A DNA stretch of 64,000 nucleotides from the human T2T-CHM13v2.0 reference genome, Homo sapiens. The stretch lies in the NCBI RefSeq assembly GCF_009914755.1, contig NC_060931.1, one strand, 5' to 3'. The notes under the pieces are model-generated. The model was given only the letters and a program-made list of their open reading frames with translations, was not told the origin of the DNA and did not search any database. The position numbers and the translations under genes are program-made. This document shows positions 61,701-64,000 of this stretch, one piece after another (position 1 is the first letter of the stretch; each line of letters starts with the position of its first letter).

Positions 61701-62316
61701 AGGGAGCCAGGGGCGGGAGTGAGGACCCAGGCACCCAACCACCTCCACCCCCACCCCACAGCACCCTCCCCGCCTGTCTCCTCAGCGCTGGCCCCTCTCC
61801 TCCTAACCCAACCCATGGCCTCCCCTCCCAGGCTCCCGCAGCCTCAGCTCCTGGCCCGGTCCCACCTGTTCCTCCTCAGTCAGCGGCTCCAGAGCCAGGG
61901 GCTGCAGTGGCTCGTCCTGCAGCACCGCGGCGAACTCCTTGTCCTGCAGCTCTTCCGGGACCTGGCAGTGGGTTGGGACAGCCAAGACACCACATGCTGC
62001 CAGATCCCCTCCACAGGCAGAGGCCACCACCGCCAACCCCCCTCGCCCACGCACCCACCTTGTTCTCCTTGACGTAGAGAGCCAGCATTTCCTCTCGCCC
62101 ATAACGGTAGTCAGCCAGCTTGTATTTGGGCATGGCAGGGGACGGGGGTGGGGAGGCCACGCTGCCGCCCCCGGACAGGGCCCTGAGCCTGGACACAACA
62201 CAGAGAGAAGAAGACAGAGGTCAGGGCAGCCTGACTGTGCTTTCTCGAATCTCCACGGCAGCCGAGGCACAAGTGACTCACCACTCAGGCCCAAAGTTGA
62301 GTGTCTCTGCTGCCAT
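55797..62316 (-). CDS. GIGYF1: GRB10-interacting GYF protein 1, complete CDS, 1035 aa
   Basis: 24 coding exons: 62282-62316, 62059-62188, 61866-61961, 61583-61694, 61376-61484, 61084-61124, 60727-60897, 60258-60511, 60052-60157, 59422-59559, 59127-59224, 58801-58972, 58528-58694, 58315-58415, 58098-58235, 57896-57996, 57628-57710, 57382-57522, 57090-57308, 56668-56855, 56400-56560, 56150-56313, 55942-56071, 55797-55849; total 3108 nt. Contains the 4EHP-binding motif YRYGREEML, the GYF domain (WFYKDPQGEIQGPF...WFQAGYF) and Q/P-rich tracts. Confidence 0.97.
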
Positions 62317-63633
62317 CGTGGGGCTGGGCGTGTTTGAGAGGCCGGGGGTGGGGAGGAGGGGACCTGGCGTTCACTGTCCAAACACCTGTGGGGGAACAGG
62401 GGCCATGAAGAACAGCACACGAAGGAGAACTTTAAAGCGCAGGGAGGACACCATGGGGGACATCCTAGTGGGCACAACAATGGGCCCCGGACTAGCTGGT
62501 GGGTCACCTGGGGTCTAAAAGGACTCACCTGAGCCAGCCACGTGGCCACTCACACCATGAGTTACCCAGAGATGAGTCCAGACGGTGAAAGACCTGGGGG
62601 AGGCGAGGAGATGGGAAGCTCGAGTCCTTTCGGCCTCAGCAGGGCAACCACCCTTGGCCCGGGGCTCACCTGGCAGCCTGGCCCGGGAAGAAGGAGGGCA
62701 GGGGCTGGTGCTGGAGTGAACGAGGGTACCCAAGCCACTGGGAATTGGTCTGACCTCAGTAGAGCCTGGGAGGGACCTTCACATCTGGGAAAGACCCTTA
62801 AGGAGAGCAGGGGGGAGGAGGGAGGGTTCAGGACATGGCTCTGCCGGCAGCCCTGCCCTGCCCCGCATGACAGGAGAGGTCCATTCGCCGGATGGTGTCT
62901 CTGGGCATCAGCACCCTCGCCACCCTCTCTGGGAGGCTGAGACAGGAGGTGTAGTGAAGAACTCGGGGAGGGAGGCAGCCGAGGCCAGGATGGACGTTCA
63001 GGGCAAAGATAAAACAAAAACAAGCAAGCAAACAAAAACCCACTAGAGCCACAAATAGCTTACAGAGAAAAGGTCAGTTACGGAGAAAAGGATTAGAAAT
63101 AAATCTAGGAGCAAAATTCTTTCCCTCATGAAAAAAATCAGTTGGCTGCTCAGAAGCTCAAATCCAGGGGCTTGGTCTGGGGAGAAACCCAGTGAAAAGG
63201 AGCAGGAGGTGACTCTAGGGCCACAGACGGGTACACGACAAGGACTCCAGGCAGGCAAGCCTGAGCCAAGGCACCTCGGGCTGGTTTCCCCCACAGGAAT
63301 CACACCCAGACCACCGCCCCCAATCAATAATGGAGGCTTAAACAACCAAGCCACCAAGGGAACGAGGATCTCAGGATACCAGCTGGGAAGCAGCCTCTGG
63401 CACCATCAGGTGGAAATAAGGTCAGGGCAATGGAGGCTGATGGGGGCGCGGCGGCAGCCTGTTCCTCTAAGGGAGGATGGAGGGGACTTTCAGGAGGAGG
63501 CGCATCCCTGGGGCCCCAGGCAGAGGACTCAAGCGGGTGGGCGGGGTCCAGGTGCTGCGGTGTTGTCACTGGCTGGGAGGGAGGCTGGCCCGGCTTGGTG
63601 CTGCAGCTCCCATCAACTCCAGGACGCCACAGT
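62317..63633 (-). other. GIGYF1: GIGYF1 5'UTR exons, predicted: 62670-63633, 62529-62593, and the UTR part 62317-62385 of the first coding exon
   Basis: Minus-strand acceptor CTTCCTCTTCTTTCCCAG before 63633; donors CAG|GTGAG at 62670 and 62529; acceptors at 62593 and 62385. Confidence 0.6.
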
Positions 63634-64000
63634 CTGGGAAAGAAGAGGAAGCGGGTTCAACCAGGGTGCTGAGGAGGAAAGGCCATCAGCCCCAGCTGAG
63701 CCAGCAGCCCATGACAAGCCGAGGCCTGCTCAGAGTCCAGGCACTCCAGGGGGAAACACCGGGCTCAGAGGCAACCCAAGGCCAGGCTGGCCTCCCCTGG
63801 GACCTCTCCTTCCTCTGCCTCGGCTGGATGCTCCAGTGGTGGTGTGTTCCATGACATGAAAAGCCACCAGCCTGTCACTGACTGCAGGTGGCCACCTAGA
63901 GCAATCTGGGGACTGGATGAGCCTTGAGGACATCACGCTAAGAGAAACACACCAGCCAAAAAAGGAGAGCTACCCCTTACTTCTCTTTCATGAGGTCTCT

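Overview
Human-type (primate, Alu-dense) genomic DNA, recognisable as the 7q22.1 cluster TFR2 - ACTL6B - GNB2 - GIGYF1. TFR2 (minus strand) has coding exons 1-17 here, with the last exon outside the window. ACTL6B/BAF53b (minus) is complete: 14 exons, 426 aa. GNB2 (plus) is complete: 340 aa. GIGYF1 (minus) has a complete CDS of 1035 aa, with its promoter beyond the right edge. I read all exon boundaries from the sequence and they join in frame. Introns and the ACTL6B-GNB2 spacer are filled with Alu, L1, L2, MIR and DNA-transposon relics. I found no new protein-coding system. The best signals are regulatory: (1) an in-frame Alu-derived cryptic exon next to a ~350-nt UG tract in ACTL6B intron 4 (TDP-43-type layout), beside a U12 intron; (2) a split RE1/REST site in the ACTL6B leader; (3) a weak ACTL6B poly(A) signal with a phase-compatible ACTL6B-TFR2 read-through junction; (4) a (GCC)12 repeat in the GNB2 5'UTR inside a candidate CUG-initiated poly-Ala uORF that ends across the main ATG; (5) tandem RFX X-boxes in GNB2 intron 1; (6) a GIGYF1 mRNA with a uATG-rich leader and a 3'UTR dense in 8mer miRNA sites; (7) a GC-AG intron in TFR2.
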